From an uncultured Iamiaceae bacterium (lineage in GTDB: Bacteria; Actinomycetota; Acidimicrobiia; Acidimicrobiales; Iamiaceae): DNA of 64,000 bases. Under the pieces are notes generated by a model that searched no databases, was not told the origin of the DNA, and worked only from the letters and a program-made list of their open reading frames with translations. The stretch covers positions 59,775 through 123,774 of the forward strand of contig CAZJAZ010000002.1 of the NCBI GenBank assembly GCA_964544305.1, given 5' to 3'. Positions 45,763 to 55,564 of the stretch are shown piece by piece. A program made the translations under genes and the position numbers. How positions within the stretch are numbered: position 1 is the stretch's first letter; every line of letters starts with the position of its first letter.

Positions 45763-47556
45763 TCATTTACTGCCCCCAACTTGCTGACTGAGCCATGTTA
45801 CCAACTCGCGCTCGTCCACGAGGATACGGACCGGGTCAGCTTGGAGTTCTTCGAGCTTGAGCTTTAGCCAAGCAATTGCGGGCGCATACGAGAGCGGATC
45901 GTCGGCCTGACGAGCATCTCGCTCAAGTTCTCGAAGTTCATTTCGGCCAGCCTCGGCCACGAGTCGTGTTACGACATCAAGCGCTTCGGCGTCGGATGGC
46001 TCAACCGATACCGAGGCAATACGCTCTTGGGCATCGGGGCCAACAATTGCCGCGGCCTCGTGTGCATCAAACGATGCTTGCACAAGTGCTTCGAATGCTT
46101 CTCGAAGGTGAGGGTCACGAAAAAGGGCCGGTGCAATGAGGTCGGCGACTTCCCCACCACCGTGAACCACGTGCCGCAACGCTTCAGTCTCAACGCTCGA
46201 GGCTGGTCGCCTGGGCCGCTGCCGTATGGGTGCCCCCTCCGACTGGTCGTTTCCCGGAGAATTTTGAGACGTGGGCTGCACATCACCTCGAGCAAGACGT
46301 GATCGCAATTGATCGGGATCAACCCGGCACCGGTCGGCAACCTCCATGACGTATGGATCACGGACAAGCTCACTGGGGTGCTCCGCGATCACCCCGAGGG
46401 CTTGCTGGGCGACGCGGGCACGGCCCTCGGCCGATGAAAAATCTCCCTGTGCAAGGACTCGGTCTATGCGGTAGGCGAGAAATGGCCGAGCGTGATCGAC
46501 CGCGTCTCGCAATTTCTGCGGATCGGATCTGGCAAGATCAGCAGGATCTTCACCTGCAGGGAGATCAACCACCGACACGTCGATGTCATGGGTGTGCTCC
46601 CATGCATAGACCCGATCAGCCGCGGCACGACCGGCCGCATCCGGATCAAATGCCAGCACGATCCGACGCGCAAACTTGCGCAACATTTTCACATGATCTT
46701 CCGTGAGCGCGGTGCCACACGTCGCAACCGCTCGATTCATGCCGGCTACTGCAAACCCGATCACATCGGTGTAGCCCTCGCAAATAATCACCTGATCATC
46801 ATTGACGATCGAGGCTTTTGCCCAGTTCAGCCCATAAAGCACTCGACTCTTGTGATACAGAGATGTCTCTGTCGTATTGCGGTATTTTGCACCGTCGCCA
46901 CCGGGCAGGATGCGAGCCCCAAACGAAACTGGAGCACCCTGCGCGTCAAAAATGGGGAACAACACTCGATTGCGAAAGAAATCTTGTGTGCGCCCTCGAC
47001 GATTAACAAAGACCAAGCCAACTCGCTCTAAAGCCGACCCAGAGCCACGCAAGGCTTGAGCAAGTGCGTCCCAGTCATCGGGTGCCCATCCCAGTCGATA
47101 CTGCTTTACCAAGTCTGCGTCGAATCCACGGCTTCGCAAGTATGAGCGTGCGGCACCCGCATCGGGCGCCGACAAGAGCCGATCGTGGTACCACCCAACG
47201 GCGGCCTCCATTGTGTCAACTAACTTCGATCGTTCACGGCGGCCCTCCCCCTGGGCTTTGTCGTCATAACGCACCCGGACCCCAGCCGCGGCAGCCAGAG
47301 ATTCGACTGCCGCAACGAAATCGAGGTGCTCCATTTCCATGCAAAACGCGATCGCATCACCGCTCTTGCCACAGCCGAAACAGTGATAGAAGCCTTTGTC
47401 TGCGCTCACTGAAAAGCTCGGCGTTTTCTCACCGTGGAACGGACAGAGGCCCATCCACGAATTGCCGGTTCGTTTGAGAGCAAGATGACGACTGACGAGC
47501 GCAACGAGGTCGGTGGCGTCGCGCACCATCGCAATATCCTCGGCGACGATACCCAT
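45763..47556 (-). CDS. dnaG: DNA primase
   Basis: Zinc finger CPFHGEKTPSFSV...YHCFGCGKSGD and TOPRIM EGYTDVI. Confidence 0.9.
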   Translation of the reverse strand: MGIVAEDIAMVRDATDLVALVSRHLALKRTGNSWMGLCPFHGEKTPSFSVSADKGFYHCFGCGKSGDAIAFCMEMEHLDFVAAVESLAAAAGVRVRYDDKAQGEGRRERSKLVDTMEAAVGWYHDRLLSAPDAGAARSYLRSRGFDADLVKQYRLGWAPDDWDALAQALRGSGSALERVGLVFVNRRGRTQDFFRNRVLFPIFDAQGAPVSFGARILPGGDGAKYRNTTETSLYHKSRVLYGLNWAKASIVNDDQVIICEGYTDVIGFAVAGMNRAVATCGTALTEDHVKMLRKFARRIVLAFDPDAAGRAAADRVYAWEHTHDIDVSVVDLPAGEDPADLARSDPQKLRDAVDHARPFLAYRIDRVLAQGDFSSAEGRARVAQQALGVIAEHPSELVRDPYVMEVADRCRVDPDQLRSRLARGDVQPTSQNSPGNDQSEGAPIRQRPRRPASSVETEALRHVVHGGGEVADLIAPALFRDPHLREAFEALVQASFDAHEAAAIVGPDAQERIASVSVEPSDAEALDVVTRLVAEAGRNELRELERDARQADDPLSYAPAIAWLKLKLEELQADPVRILVDERELVTWLSQQVGGSK

Positions 47557-47586
47557 CAGGCCCTCGACGCACCCATCATGATTCGA

Positions 47587-50211
47587 TCACGCACCCAAGA
47601 CGGCTTGGGCGGCTGCCAAACGTGCAATCGGCACTCGGTAGGGCGAACATGACACATAGTCCAAACCCGCACCATAGAACACGCGAATCGATTCGGGGTC
47701 GCCGCCATGCTCGCCACACACACCAAGTTTGAGGTGGCTCTTGGCGCGTCGGCCAGCCTTTGCTCCTTGACGAACGAGTTCCCCTACCCCGTCGGGATCA
47801 ACCGTTTCAAACGGGTTGCGTTTGAGCAGGCCTCGTTCAAGGTAGAGCTTCATGAGACGCCCTTCGATGTCATCACGAGAAAAACCGAACGTCATCTGGG
47901 TGAGGTCGTTGGTGCCAAAGCTGAAGAAATCTGCTTCTTGAGCAATCTCCCCGGCACACAAAGCAGCACGCGGTGTTTCGATCATTGTGCCAATGAGAAT
48001 CTTGGGTTTCCGGGACCGACCTTTGGTTGCCTCCGAAATGGCGTCAGCCACCCACGAACGAGCCTCAGCAAGCTCAGGTCGAGAAATAGTGAGGGGAATC
48101 ATGACTTCAATGATGGGCTTGCCACCCGCATCAATCCGGTCGATCGCAGCTTCGACAAGAGCACGCACCTGCATGGCATACAGACCGGGTTTGAGCATGC
48201 CAAGGCGCACGCCACGCACGCCGAGCATCGGGTTGAACTCGTGCCAGGAGCGGGCCGCTTCAAGCAGTTTCGCATCCTTCTTCGACAATTTGCCGGTCGC
48301 GGCCTTGATCTCGAGTGCCCCAAGATCAGGTAGGAACTCGTGCAACGGTGGGTCGAGCAGTCGCACGGTCACCGGAAGGCCGTCCATGGCCTCAAGGATC
48401 TGTGCAAAGTCTTCCTTTTGAACTTGATGAAGTTCGTCAAGAGCTTTGGCTTCTGTGGCCGGAGTGTCCGCAAGAATCATGCGACGCACGACCGGTAGGC
48501 GATCTTCTGCCAAGAACATGTGCTCCGTGCGGCACAAACCAATTCCTTCAGCCCCATACGATCGAGCAACCGCGGCATCGTCGCCGTTATCGGCATTGGC
48601 TCGAACTTTCAGCTTGCCTTTGCGAATCGAATCCGCCCACTGAAGGATCGTGTCAAATTCGGCGGGCGGTTGCGCCGCGACGAGTTCAACTTCGCCAAGC
48701 ACAACTTCGCCAGTCGATCCGTTGATTGAAACGATGTCGCCCTCTTTGAGTGTGGTCGCACCCACCGTGGCCGCATTTCCCCGGATCGCCACTTCTTCTG
48801 CACCGACAACCGCGGGAATCCCCCAGCCTCGTGCGACCACAGCCGCGTGCGAAACCAATCCGCCTCGGGCGGTCAGAATGCCCTGCGCGGCTTGCATGCC
48901 GTGCACATCATCGGGCGACGTTTCATTGCGTACCAAAATGACTTTGTCGCCTTTGGCCGCAGCGGTCACCGCACGGTCCGAATCAAATACCACTTTGCCC
49001 ACGGCCGCACCCGGCGACGCGGCAAGACCTTTGGTGAGCACCGCCACGTTTGACGACCCAAACTGTGGATGGAGAACTTGATCAAGGTGATCCGCAGTAA
49101 TGCGCCCCACCGCCTCAGCTTTCGAAAGCTTGATTCGCTTGTCGGTGGTCATCTCGACCGCCATGGTCAACGCGGCACGACCGGTGCGCTTGCCAACTCG
49201 AGTTTGGAGCATCCACAGTTTGCCTTGCTCGATTGTGAACTCGGTATCACACATATCCCGGTAGTGACGTTCGAGTCGATCAAATATTTTGAGCAGTTGG
49301 TCATGAATCTTGGGAAACAGACGTCCGAGTTCGTCAAGATCAGAGGTGTTGCGGATCCCTGCAACGACGTCTTCACCTTGTGCGTTGACAAGGAAATCAC
49401 CATAGGGACGGTTTTCTCCGGTTGCGGCGTTGCGAGTGAAGCCGACGCCAGTTCCCGAGTTGTCATCACGGTTCCCAAAGACCATGGCTTGCACGTTGAC
49501 CGCGGTGCCAAGGTCATGGCTGATCTTCTCGCGGGTGCGGTAGGCCACAGCGCGAGGCGTGTTCCATGACGCAAACACGGCTTCGATTGCGCCGCGTAAC
49601 TGTGCCCGAGGATCCTGCGGGAAGTCAGCTTTGGTCTTGCGTTTGACGATTGCCTTGTAGGCGGTGCACAACTTGCGAAGTTCACCAACGTCAAGATCTG
49701 CATCACTCTTGGCGTTCGCGGCATGTTTCGCGCGTTCTAGTGGTCCATCAAATGCCTCGGCTTCAATGTCCAGCACAATTCGGCCGTACATAGAAATGAA
49801 GCGTCGGTACGAGTCGTAGGCGAAGCGCTCCTGGCCCGTTGCTCGGGCGAGACCTTTGACCGACTCATCGTTCAGACCAAGGTTGAGAACCGTATCCATC
49901 ATGCCGGGCATCGAGAACGCGGCACCAGAACGCACGCTCACAAGTTGCGGATCGTCTGGGTCACCGAGGCGGCGTCCCATAGCCTTTTCAAGCTTGGCAA
50001 CATGACGATCAATCTGCGCATCAAGTTCTGTTGGCCACCCACCCTTGAGATACTCCCGACACGCCTCCGTTGTGATCGTAAAACCAGCGGGCACCGGAAG
50101 ATGCAGCACCGAGGTCATTTCCGCCAGATTTGCTCCTTTCCCCCCAAGAAGGTCCTTGAGCTTCATGGGCGGACGGCGGTATTTGTGATCGAAGGCGTAG
50201 ACGAAGGTCAC
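47587..50211 (-). CDS. ppdK: pyruvate, phosphate dikinase
   Basis: N-terminus VTFVYAFDH...LLGGKGANLAEM, phospho-His region GGLVSHAAVVARGWG, C-terminal CGEHGGDP. Start re-picked at GTG 50211 (GGAGAG upstream); the ORF extends to 50382. Confidence 0.9.
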   Translation of the reverse strand: MTFVYAFDHKYRRPPMKLKDLLGGKGANLAEMTSVLHLPVPAGFTITTEACREYLKGGWPTELDAQIDRHVAKLEKAMGRRLGDPDDPQLVSVRSGAAFSMPGMMDTVLNLGLNDESVKGLARATGQERFAYDSYRRFISMYGRIVLDIEAEAFDGPLERAKHAANAKSDADLDVGELRKLCTAYKAIVKRKTKADFPQDPRAQLRGAIEAVFASWNTPRAVAYRTREKISHDLGTAVNVQAMVFGNRDDNSGTGVGFTRNAATGENRPYGDFLVNAQGEDVVAGIRNTSDLDELGRLFPKIHDQLLKIFDRLERHYRDMCDTEFTIEQGKLWMLQTRVGKRTGRAALTMAVEMTTDKRIKLSKAEAVGRITADHLDQVLHPQFGSSNVAVLTKGLAASPGAAVGKVVFDSDRAVTAAAKGDKVILVRNETSPDDVHGMQAAQGILTARGGLVSHAAVVARGWGIPAVVGAEEVAIRGNAATVGATTLKEGDIVSINGSTGEVVLGEVELVAAQPPAEFDTILQWADSIRKGKLKVRANADNGDDAAVARSYGAEGIGLCRTEHMFLAEDRLPVVRRMILADTPATEAKALDELHQVQKEDFAQILEAMDGLPVTVRLLDPPLHEFLPDLGALEIKAATGKLSKKDAKLLEAARSWHEFNPMLGVRGVRLGMLKPGLYAMQVRALVEAAIDRIDAGGKPIIEVMIPLTISRPELAEARSWVADAISEATKGRSRKPKILIGTMIETPRAALCAGEIAQEADFFSFGTNDLTQMTFGFSRDDIEGRLMKLYLERGLLKRNPFETVDPDGVGELVRQGAKAGRRAKSHLKLGVCGEHGGDPESIRVFYGAGLDYVSCSPYRVPIARLAAAQAVLGA

Positions 50212-50427
50212 GGTCTCTCCAGGGGTATCGGGGGACGAAAGCCAAAGTGTTCTGGGTTCCGCCAGAAAGCTTTGGTGTGCTCCACACACGTGGTTTCGCA
50301 CTGGGATCGCCAGAACGATGGGCGGTGGGTGGTTGGGCAAGCGTAGTTGGTCGCAACACTTGACGGCGGCACGCGACTGCATTGCGGCGCGCTACGTTGA
50401 GCACATGCGCGTACCCATTGGACCTCC

Positions 50428-51396
50428 ATGTCGTTGAGCAACGAAGTTGAAGCGTTTCTGAATCAGGTGAACGGGGCGAATCTTCCCCCACTCGCCGATC
50501 TCGGTGTTGATGCCGCTCGGCTCGGGTATGCCGCGCTTGCAGCAACACCGGGTCCCGAGGTTGAACGGGTGCACGATGAGATCGTTACGAGCGGTGAGCA
50601 CGGACCATTCACTGTGCGCTGCTATCACCCAAAGGGTGTGCACGAACCAAGCGGGGTTCTGGTGTGGGTACACGGCGGTGGCTTTGTAGTTGGCGACCTT
50701 GAGACCGCTGACTCAACCTGTCGGACGCTTGCAAATGAGGCGCAGATTGTTGTGGTGAGCGTTGATTACCACTTGGCTCCAGAACACCCGTTTCCAAACG
50801 CAATTGACGATGTCATGGCCGCGCTGCAATGGGTCGTTGACCATGCCGACGCTCTCAACGTGGACAGCACCAAGCTGGCTGTTGGTGGCGATTCCGCTGG
50901 CGGAAACTTGAGTGCGGTCGCCGCACAGCTCAGCCACGCAGGAGCCGGGCCGAAAATCGCTTTCCAACTCTTGGTCTACCCGGTGGTGGATCTCGAAGGT
51001 ACCTATGCATCGCGAGATGAAAATGGTGAAGGCTTCTTCTTGACGAACGAAAACATGGTTTGGTTCGCGAGTCAGTATCTTTCGGGGCGCGACCCATCAT
51101 CACCGCGCGTGTCACCGATCCGGGCCGTTGACCTTTCCGGGCTTGCACCCGCCATGGTGATCACCGCGCAGTTCGATCCGCTGCGCGATGAAGGGATCGC
51201 CTATGCGAACGCGCTGCGCTCGGCCGGGGTTGAGGTGGAACACGCTCATTTTGATGGGGAGATCCATGGTTTCTTCGATTTCGACTTTCTCCCCGATTGT
51301 GCAGTCGCACGATCAGGCGCAGCCGCCGCCATCATCAACGCCTTCTCCACACACTCGACATCTGCCGAAATACAAGAACCGTTACCGCAGAAGTAA
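50428..51396 (+). CDS. alpha/beta hydrolase, hormone-sensitive-lipase-type esterase
   Basis: Oxyanion HGGGF and nucleophile GDSAGG motifs. Confidence 0.8.
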   Translation: MSLSNEVEAFLNQVNGANLPPLADLGVDAARLGYAALAATPGPEVERVHDEIVTSGEHGPFTVRCYHPKGVHEPSGVLVWVHGGGFVVGDLETADSTCRTLANEAQIVVVSVDYHLAPEHPFPNAIDDVMAALQWVVDHADALNVDSTKLAVGGDSAGGNLSAVAAQLSHAGAGPKIAFQLLVYPVVDLEGTYASRDENGEGFFLTNENMVWFASQYLSGRDPSSPRVSPIRAVDLSGLAPAMVITAQFDPLRDEGIAYANALRSAGVEVEHAHFDGEIHGFFDFDFLPDCAVARSGAAAAIINAFSTHSTSAEIQEPLPQK

Positions 51397-51400
51397 CGGA

Positions 51401-52741
51401 TTACAAGTTGAGTGCGGCGGCCAAATAATCAATGAGGCCATCGATTGGAACCCGTACTTGTTCCATTGTGTCCCGGGTACGCACCGTGACCGCCCGATCA
51501 TCCAACGTGTCAAAATCAACCGTGACACAAAGCGGGGTGCCGAGCTCATCTTGACGGCGATACCGCTTCCCAATGTTTTGGGTCTCGTCGTAGTCGGTCA
51601 TCCATTTGGGCTGAATAAGCCCAAGCACCTCGGCGGCAACATCAGACAATTCGGGCTTCTTTGACAATGGGAGCACCGCGACCTTGTATGGCGCGAGGCG
51701 TGGGTGCAATCGGAGAACCGTGCGTGTTTCACCGTTGACCTCATCACTGTCATACGCCGCAAGCAGAAACGCCATCATGGTCCTGGTCGCACCAGCAGCA
51801 GGTTCGATCACAAAGGGTCGATACCGCTCTCCGGTGGCCTGATCGAAGTAGTCCAGTTTTTCGCCAGAAGCATTCGCGTGTGCGGTCAGATCAAAGTCAC
51901 CGCGATTTGCAATTCCCTCAAGTTCGTCCCACCCCCAAGGAAAAGCAAACTCGACGTCGGATGTACCCCGTGAATAGTGGCTGAGTTCGTCGGCATCATG
52001 CGCCCGCAAACGCAACTGGTCTTCGGGGATCCCAAGGTCAACGTACCAATTGAAACGCTCCCTACACCAGTAGTGGTACCACTCGTCAGCTTCGCTTGGT
52101 GGAACAAAGAATTCCATCTCCATTTGTTCGAATTCGCGGGTGCGAAAAACAAAGTTCCCGGGCGTTATTTCATTCCGAAACGACTTGCCGACTTGTGCAA
52201 TACCAAACGGTGGCTTCTTACGCGAGGTGGTGAGCACGTTTGCAAAGTTTGTGAACATGCCTTGTGCAGTCTCGGGTCGCAAATACGCTTCTGTCGCGGC
52301 GGACTCCACGGGCCCAGCATGCGTTTTAAACATCAAGTTGAACTGTCTGGCTTCGGTGAAGCTTCCGTGTTGCCCACAACTTGGGCACACTCCGGGGTCG
52401 TCAAGCTTGTCGAGACGAAATCGTTCTTTGCAGTTTCGGCAGTCGACGAGCGGGTCGGTGAAGTTCGACAAATGGCCGGACGCTTTCCACACGTCGGGTG
52501 ACGACAAAATTGCCGCGTCCAATCCGACCACGTCATGACGCAATTGCACCATCGATCGCCACCATGCATCTTTCACGTTGCGCAACAACAGAACCCCTAT
52601 TGGCCCGTAGTCATATGTTGAGCGGAATCCGCCGTAGATCTCGGCCGAAGGAAACACAAATCCACGTCGTTTCGATAGGTTAAGAACAGCCTCCATCTTG
52701 TCGACGGGACGGGAATCTTCAGGTGAACTCGCGGCGACCAT
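51401..52741 (-). CDS. glyQS: glycine--tRNA ligase (dimeric class II)
   Basis: LSKRRGFVFPSAEIYGG, LRPETAQG and an anticodon-binding C-terminus. Start is ATG 52741 or ATG 52696; the ORF extends to 52864. Confidence 0.9.
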   Translation of the reverse strand: MVAASSPEDSRPVDKMEAVLNLSKRRGFVFPSAEIYGGFRSTYDYGPIGVLLLRNVKDAWWRSMVQLRHDVVGLDAAILSSPDVWKASGHLSNFTDPLVDCRNCKERFRLDKLDDPGVCPSCGQHGSFTEARQFNLMFKTHAGPVESAATEAYLRPETAQGMFTNFANVLTTSRKKPPFGIAQVGKSFRNEITPGNFVFRTREFEQMEMEFFVPPSEADEWYHYWCRERFNWYVDLGIPEDQLRLRAHDADELSHYSRGTSDVEFAFPWGWDELEGIANRGDFDLTAHANASGEKLDYFDQATGERYRPFVIEPAAGATRTMMAFLLAAYDSDEVNGETRTVLRLHPRLAPYKVAVLPLSKKPELSDVAAEVLGLIQPKWMTDYDETQNIGKRYRRQDELGTPLCVTVDFDTLDDRAVTVRTRDTMEQVRVPIDGLIDYLAAALNL

Positions 52742-52827
52742 AGGCCGCCAAGGGTAGCGGGCGACTCCGCGACAAACATGACCGGTGCCGTCTCGGCGCG
52801 AGACTTTCATAGCGGCTCCGGTAGCGT

Positions 52828-53688
52828 TTGAGCGTGAGCTACGCGCCGTATTCCACTCCCCCACCCATGCCTATTGACCCGACCGATGTGGCGGGCAGAC
52901 GGATTGCCGCATGGCTCATTGATGCTGTGATCTACGTGATTGTTTCAAACATTTTGAGCGCCTTGCTGGGCATCAACCCGAAGTCGCACGAGGTAGGCAT
53001 CGGTGAACTTGGTGGACAAACGCCAACCGTATTTTGCAATGCGGTCCAGAACTTTCCAAGCACGGTGTGTGTACCGGGTCAAGATTCTGCGGTGATCATT
53101 TCTCATTGGCTTGGTACCGTTTGGCTCTTTCTCGCGCTCGCCGTGCTCTACATCGTGATTCAAGGCGCGCTCGGGGCAAGTGTGGGCAAACTCGCATTGG
53201 GACTTCGTGTTGTTCGATCAGATGGCACCCAAGCTGGCATTGGCGCATCCGCGCTGCGTACCGTGCTTTGGGTCGTTGATGCGTTCACCTGCGCCTTACC
53301 GATTCTGGGCGGCATCTTGATTCTGTCAACGAAAGGACACCGCCGCGTCGGCGACATGGCTGCGAATACGTATGTGGTTCCGGTCGCTTTTGTGGGTCGC
53401 CCGGTAACTCTTCCCGGCATGCCCGGCTGGAGCGGCTATCCAGGCCAACCCGTGCCAGGTCAGACAACCCCTTGGGCACCAACGCAAAGTGTTGGTGATG
53501 GCCCATGGATCCGGCCACCCGAAAGCCAAATATCTTCGACCCAACACGATGCGCCAACTAGTGGCTTCAAGCCAGACGTGCCGATTTGGGATCACGACCG
53601 AAATGCGTACATTCAATACGACACAAATCACGCAGCATGGCTGGAGTTTGACGACCACACAAAGCAGTGGAAGCCAATTAGCCAGTAG
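52828..53688 (+). CDS. RDD family membrane protein with a Pro-rich C-terminal tail
   Basis: RRIAAWLIDAVIY plus 3 TM helices, then a GYPGQPVPGQ-type tail. TTG start; alternative starts lie downstream. Confidence 0.6.
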   Translation: MSVSYAPYSTPPPMPIDPTDVAGRRIAAWLIDAVIYVIVSNILSALLGINPKSHEVGIGELGGQTPTVFCNAVQNFPSTVCVPGQDSAVIISHWLGTVWLFLALAVLYIVIQGALGASVGKLALGLRVVRSDGTQAGIGASALRTVLWVVDAFTCALPILGGILILSTKGHRRVGDMAANTYVVPVAFVGRPVTLPGMPGWSGYPGQPVPGQTTPWAPTQSVGDGPWIRPPESQISSTQHDAPTSGFKPDVPIWDHDRNAYIQYDTNHAAWLEFDDHTKQWKPISQ

Positions 53689-53704
53689 CAAATCAGGCGG
53701 GTCT

Positions 53705-54418
53705 TTACAGCGCGGCGACCGACCGCAAGTGCCGTTCTAAATGGGTTTCCATTACCCGGGTCACAACCCCCGAAAACTCGTCAATCGCGGCAGATTCTGG
53801 TGCGGCGAGAACTTCGTTCAAGCGTCCCGATACGACCGCATCAAAAATGTTGAGTGCTTCGGCTGAGATCGGCCCGCCGCGTCGATGGGTTCGACATAAC
53901 GCCCCGCCTTCGGTGGCGTCAAACGCAACGAGATCTTGGGTGGTGTCACACGTTGCACATCGATCGGTGACCGGGCGCACCCCGTCATAGGCGAGCAGTT
54001 TCGCAAAGAATGCGGGAACAACGACCAGATTTGCCGAATCATTTAATGTTCGAAGCGCGCCGCACAACATGCGGTAATAGGCCGGATCGGATTCGCCTTC
54101 TTGGACGACTTGATCAATGACTTCAAGCATTGACAGCGCACCTTGCAGTAGGTCCAGATTCTCTCGAAGGGCCGGAAACATTTCGACTCGCTCTGCTTGC
54201 GTGATGCCGTCGAGCGTGCGACCCTCGTAGAGCTGCACGGCTACATGTGTCGTCGGCTCGAGACGTGCACCAAACTTCGAAGAGGTCTTGCGTACACCTT
54301 TCGCCACCGCCCGAACCTTTCCGCGATGTTCGGTCAGCATTGAAATGATGCGATCCGCCTCACCGAGTTTGTGTGTGCGCAACACCACACCACGTTCTCG
54401 GTAGAGTCGCCGACTCAT
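53705..54418 (-). CDS. recO: DNA repair protein RecO
   Basis: N-terminal OB fold RERGVVLRTHKLGEADRIISMLT... and a C-x2-C zinc region (RCATCDT). Overlaps the uppS stop by 4 nt. Confidence 0.85.
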   Translation of the reverse strand: MSRRLYRERGVVLRTHKLGEADRIISMLTEHRGKVRAVAKGVRKTSSKFGARLEPTTHVAVQLYEGRTLDGITQAERVEMFPALRENLDLLQGALSMLEVIDQVVQEGESDPAYYRMLCGALRTLNDSANLVVVPAFFAKLLAYDGVRPVTDRCATCDTTQDLVAFDATEGGALCRTHRRGGPISAEALNIFDAVVSGRLNEVLAAPESAAIDEFSGVVTRVMETHLERHLRSVAAL

Positions 54419-55131
54419 TTTACGCCGCCAAAACGTCGGTCCCTGGCCTGGAACTCACGAACAGCAGCAAACAAGTTCTCTCGTCGAAAATCTGGCCACA
54501 AAACATCGGTAAAAATCAGTTCGCTGTACGCGAGTTGCCACAACAAAAAGTTTGATATCCGAAACTCGCCCGAGGTCCGAACCACCACATCAGGGTCAGG
54601 AACATCTGGCGCGTACAGGTGACGACGAATAGCTTTTTCATCAATCTTGTCTGCCGGTGTGCCTGCACGAACCAGCGCTTGTACCGCGTCAACGATTTCT
54701 GCCCGGCCTCCATAGTTGAAGCACACATTGAACGACATGGTCGTGTTGTTCTTGGTTTGTTCGGTTGCTTCATCAATGCGTTTGAGAATGCGCTTGGGAA
54801 CACGCCAGTTTGATCGGCCCAAAAATCTGATACGGACGCCTTTCTCGTCAAGCTCGTCAGTGTGGCGCATCAAGATGCCTTCATTGAACCCCATCAGATA
54901 ACGCACCTCATCAGGTGGGCGCTTCCAGTTTTCGGTACTAAAGGCGTACACACTGAAATGGTCAAGGCCGAGTTCAAGTGCGCCCTCAACGGTGTCAAAG
55001 AGGGCATCTTCGCCTGCCGCGTGCCCGTCGGTTCGCTTGAGGCCGCGTTGTGTGGCCCAGCGGCCGTTTCCGTCCATGACACAAGCAACATGGCTTGGAA
55101 TCCGATTCGGATCAAGGCCTTTGGGAATCAT
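54415..55131 (-). CDS. uppS: isoprenyl transferase (undecaprenyl/decaprenyl diphosphate synthase family)
   Basis: HVACVMDGNGRWA and SNFLLWQLAYSEL motifs. Start re-picked at ATG 55131. Confidence 0.9.
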   Translation of the reverse strand: MIPKGLDPNRIPSHVACVMDGNGRWATQRGLKRTDGHAAGEDALFDTVEGALELGLDHFSVYAFSTENWKRPPDEVRYLMGFNEGILMRHTDELDEKGVRIRFLGRSNWRVPKRILKRIDEATEQTKNNTTMSFNVCFNYGGRAEIVDAVQALVRAGTPADKIDEKAIRRHLYAPDVPDPDVVVRTSGEFRISNFLLWQLAYSELIFTDVLWPDFRRENLFAAVREFQARDRRFGGVK

Positions 55132-55135
55132 GTCG

Positions 55136-55564
55136 CTACGCCACCGACGCTGGTGTGATCTGCAGCTTGTCGAACTCCCAGTACGCGCGAATCGACACGA
55201 GCTGGCCCTCGCCATTGGCACGGTAAACAAACACGCCGTCAACCACGCCAGTTGATCCGTCCGCGAACGTCGACGTAATCGTTCCCACGTTCAAGCATTC
55301 ATCACCGGCCACATAGGACTCGCGAACGGCAAACTGCACGGAAGCTTGCGCAATGACCAGGTCATAGAACGCCCCGATTGCAGCCTTGCCGTGATGCCCA
55401 AGACCGGCAGGGTCGAGGGGTGATGGGCCCACGGGATCAGCAACGACGGCGTCATCAGCAAAGAGCGCCAGCCAAGCCGTGCGATCGCCTGCTTCAACGG
55501 CACGAACAGACGCAATCGCTAAACGACGTGCCGGATGGGTTGGGTCAAGTTCAATGCCATCCAT
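55136..55564 (-). CDS. SnoaL/NTF2-like fold protein
   Basis: 142 aa with WLALFADDAVVADPVG, typical of SnoaL-like/ketosteroid-isomerase-like proteins. Confidence 0.55.
   Translation of the reverse strand: MDGIELDPTHPARRLAIASVRAVEAGDRTAWLALFADDAVVADPVGPSPLDPAGLGHHGKAAIGAFYDLVIAQASVQFAVRESYVAGDECLNVGTITSTFADGSTGVVDGVFVYRANGEGQLVSIRAYWEFDKLQITPASVA

Noticed and set aside
50212-50427. 216-nt divergent region between ppdK and the esterase, with a GCCAAAG...CTTTGGT hairpin, considered as a possible riboswitch.
   Set aside because: It has a 7-bp stem with a 22-nt loop, no recognisable riboswitch core and no terminator. It is most simply two divergent promoters with 5' UTRs.
52742-52864. Possible T-box or leader RNA upstream of glyS, plus the long N-terminal ORF extensions of glyS, ppdK (50212-50382), rimO (3536-3766), uppS (55132-55242) and the helicase (60102-60248).
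   Set aside because: No specifier or T-box consensus (AGGGUGGNACC-type) is seen upstream of glyS. The extensions have non-native composition, overlap neighbouring genes or precede well-conserved N-termini. They are ORF-caller artefacts rather than real extensions.
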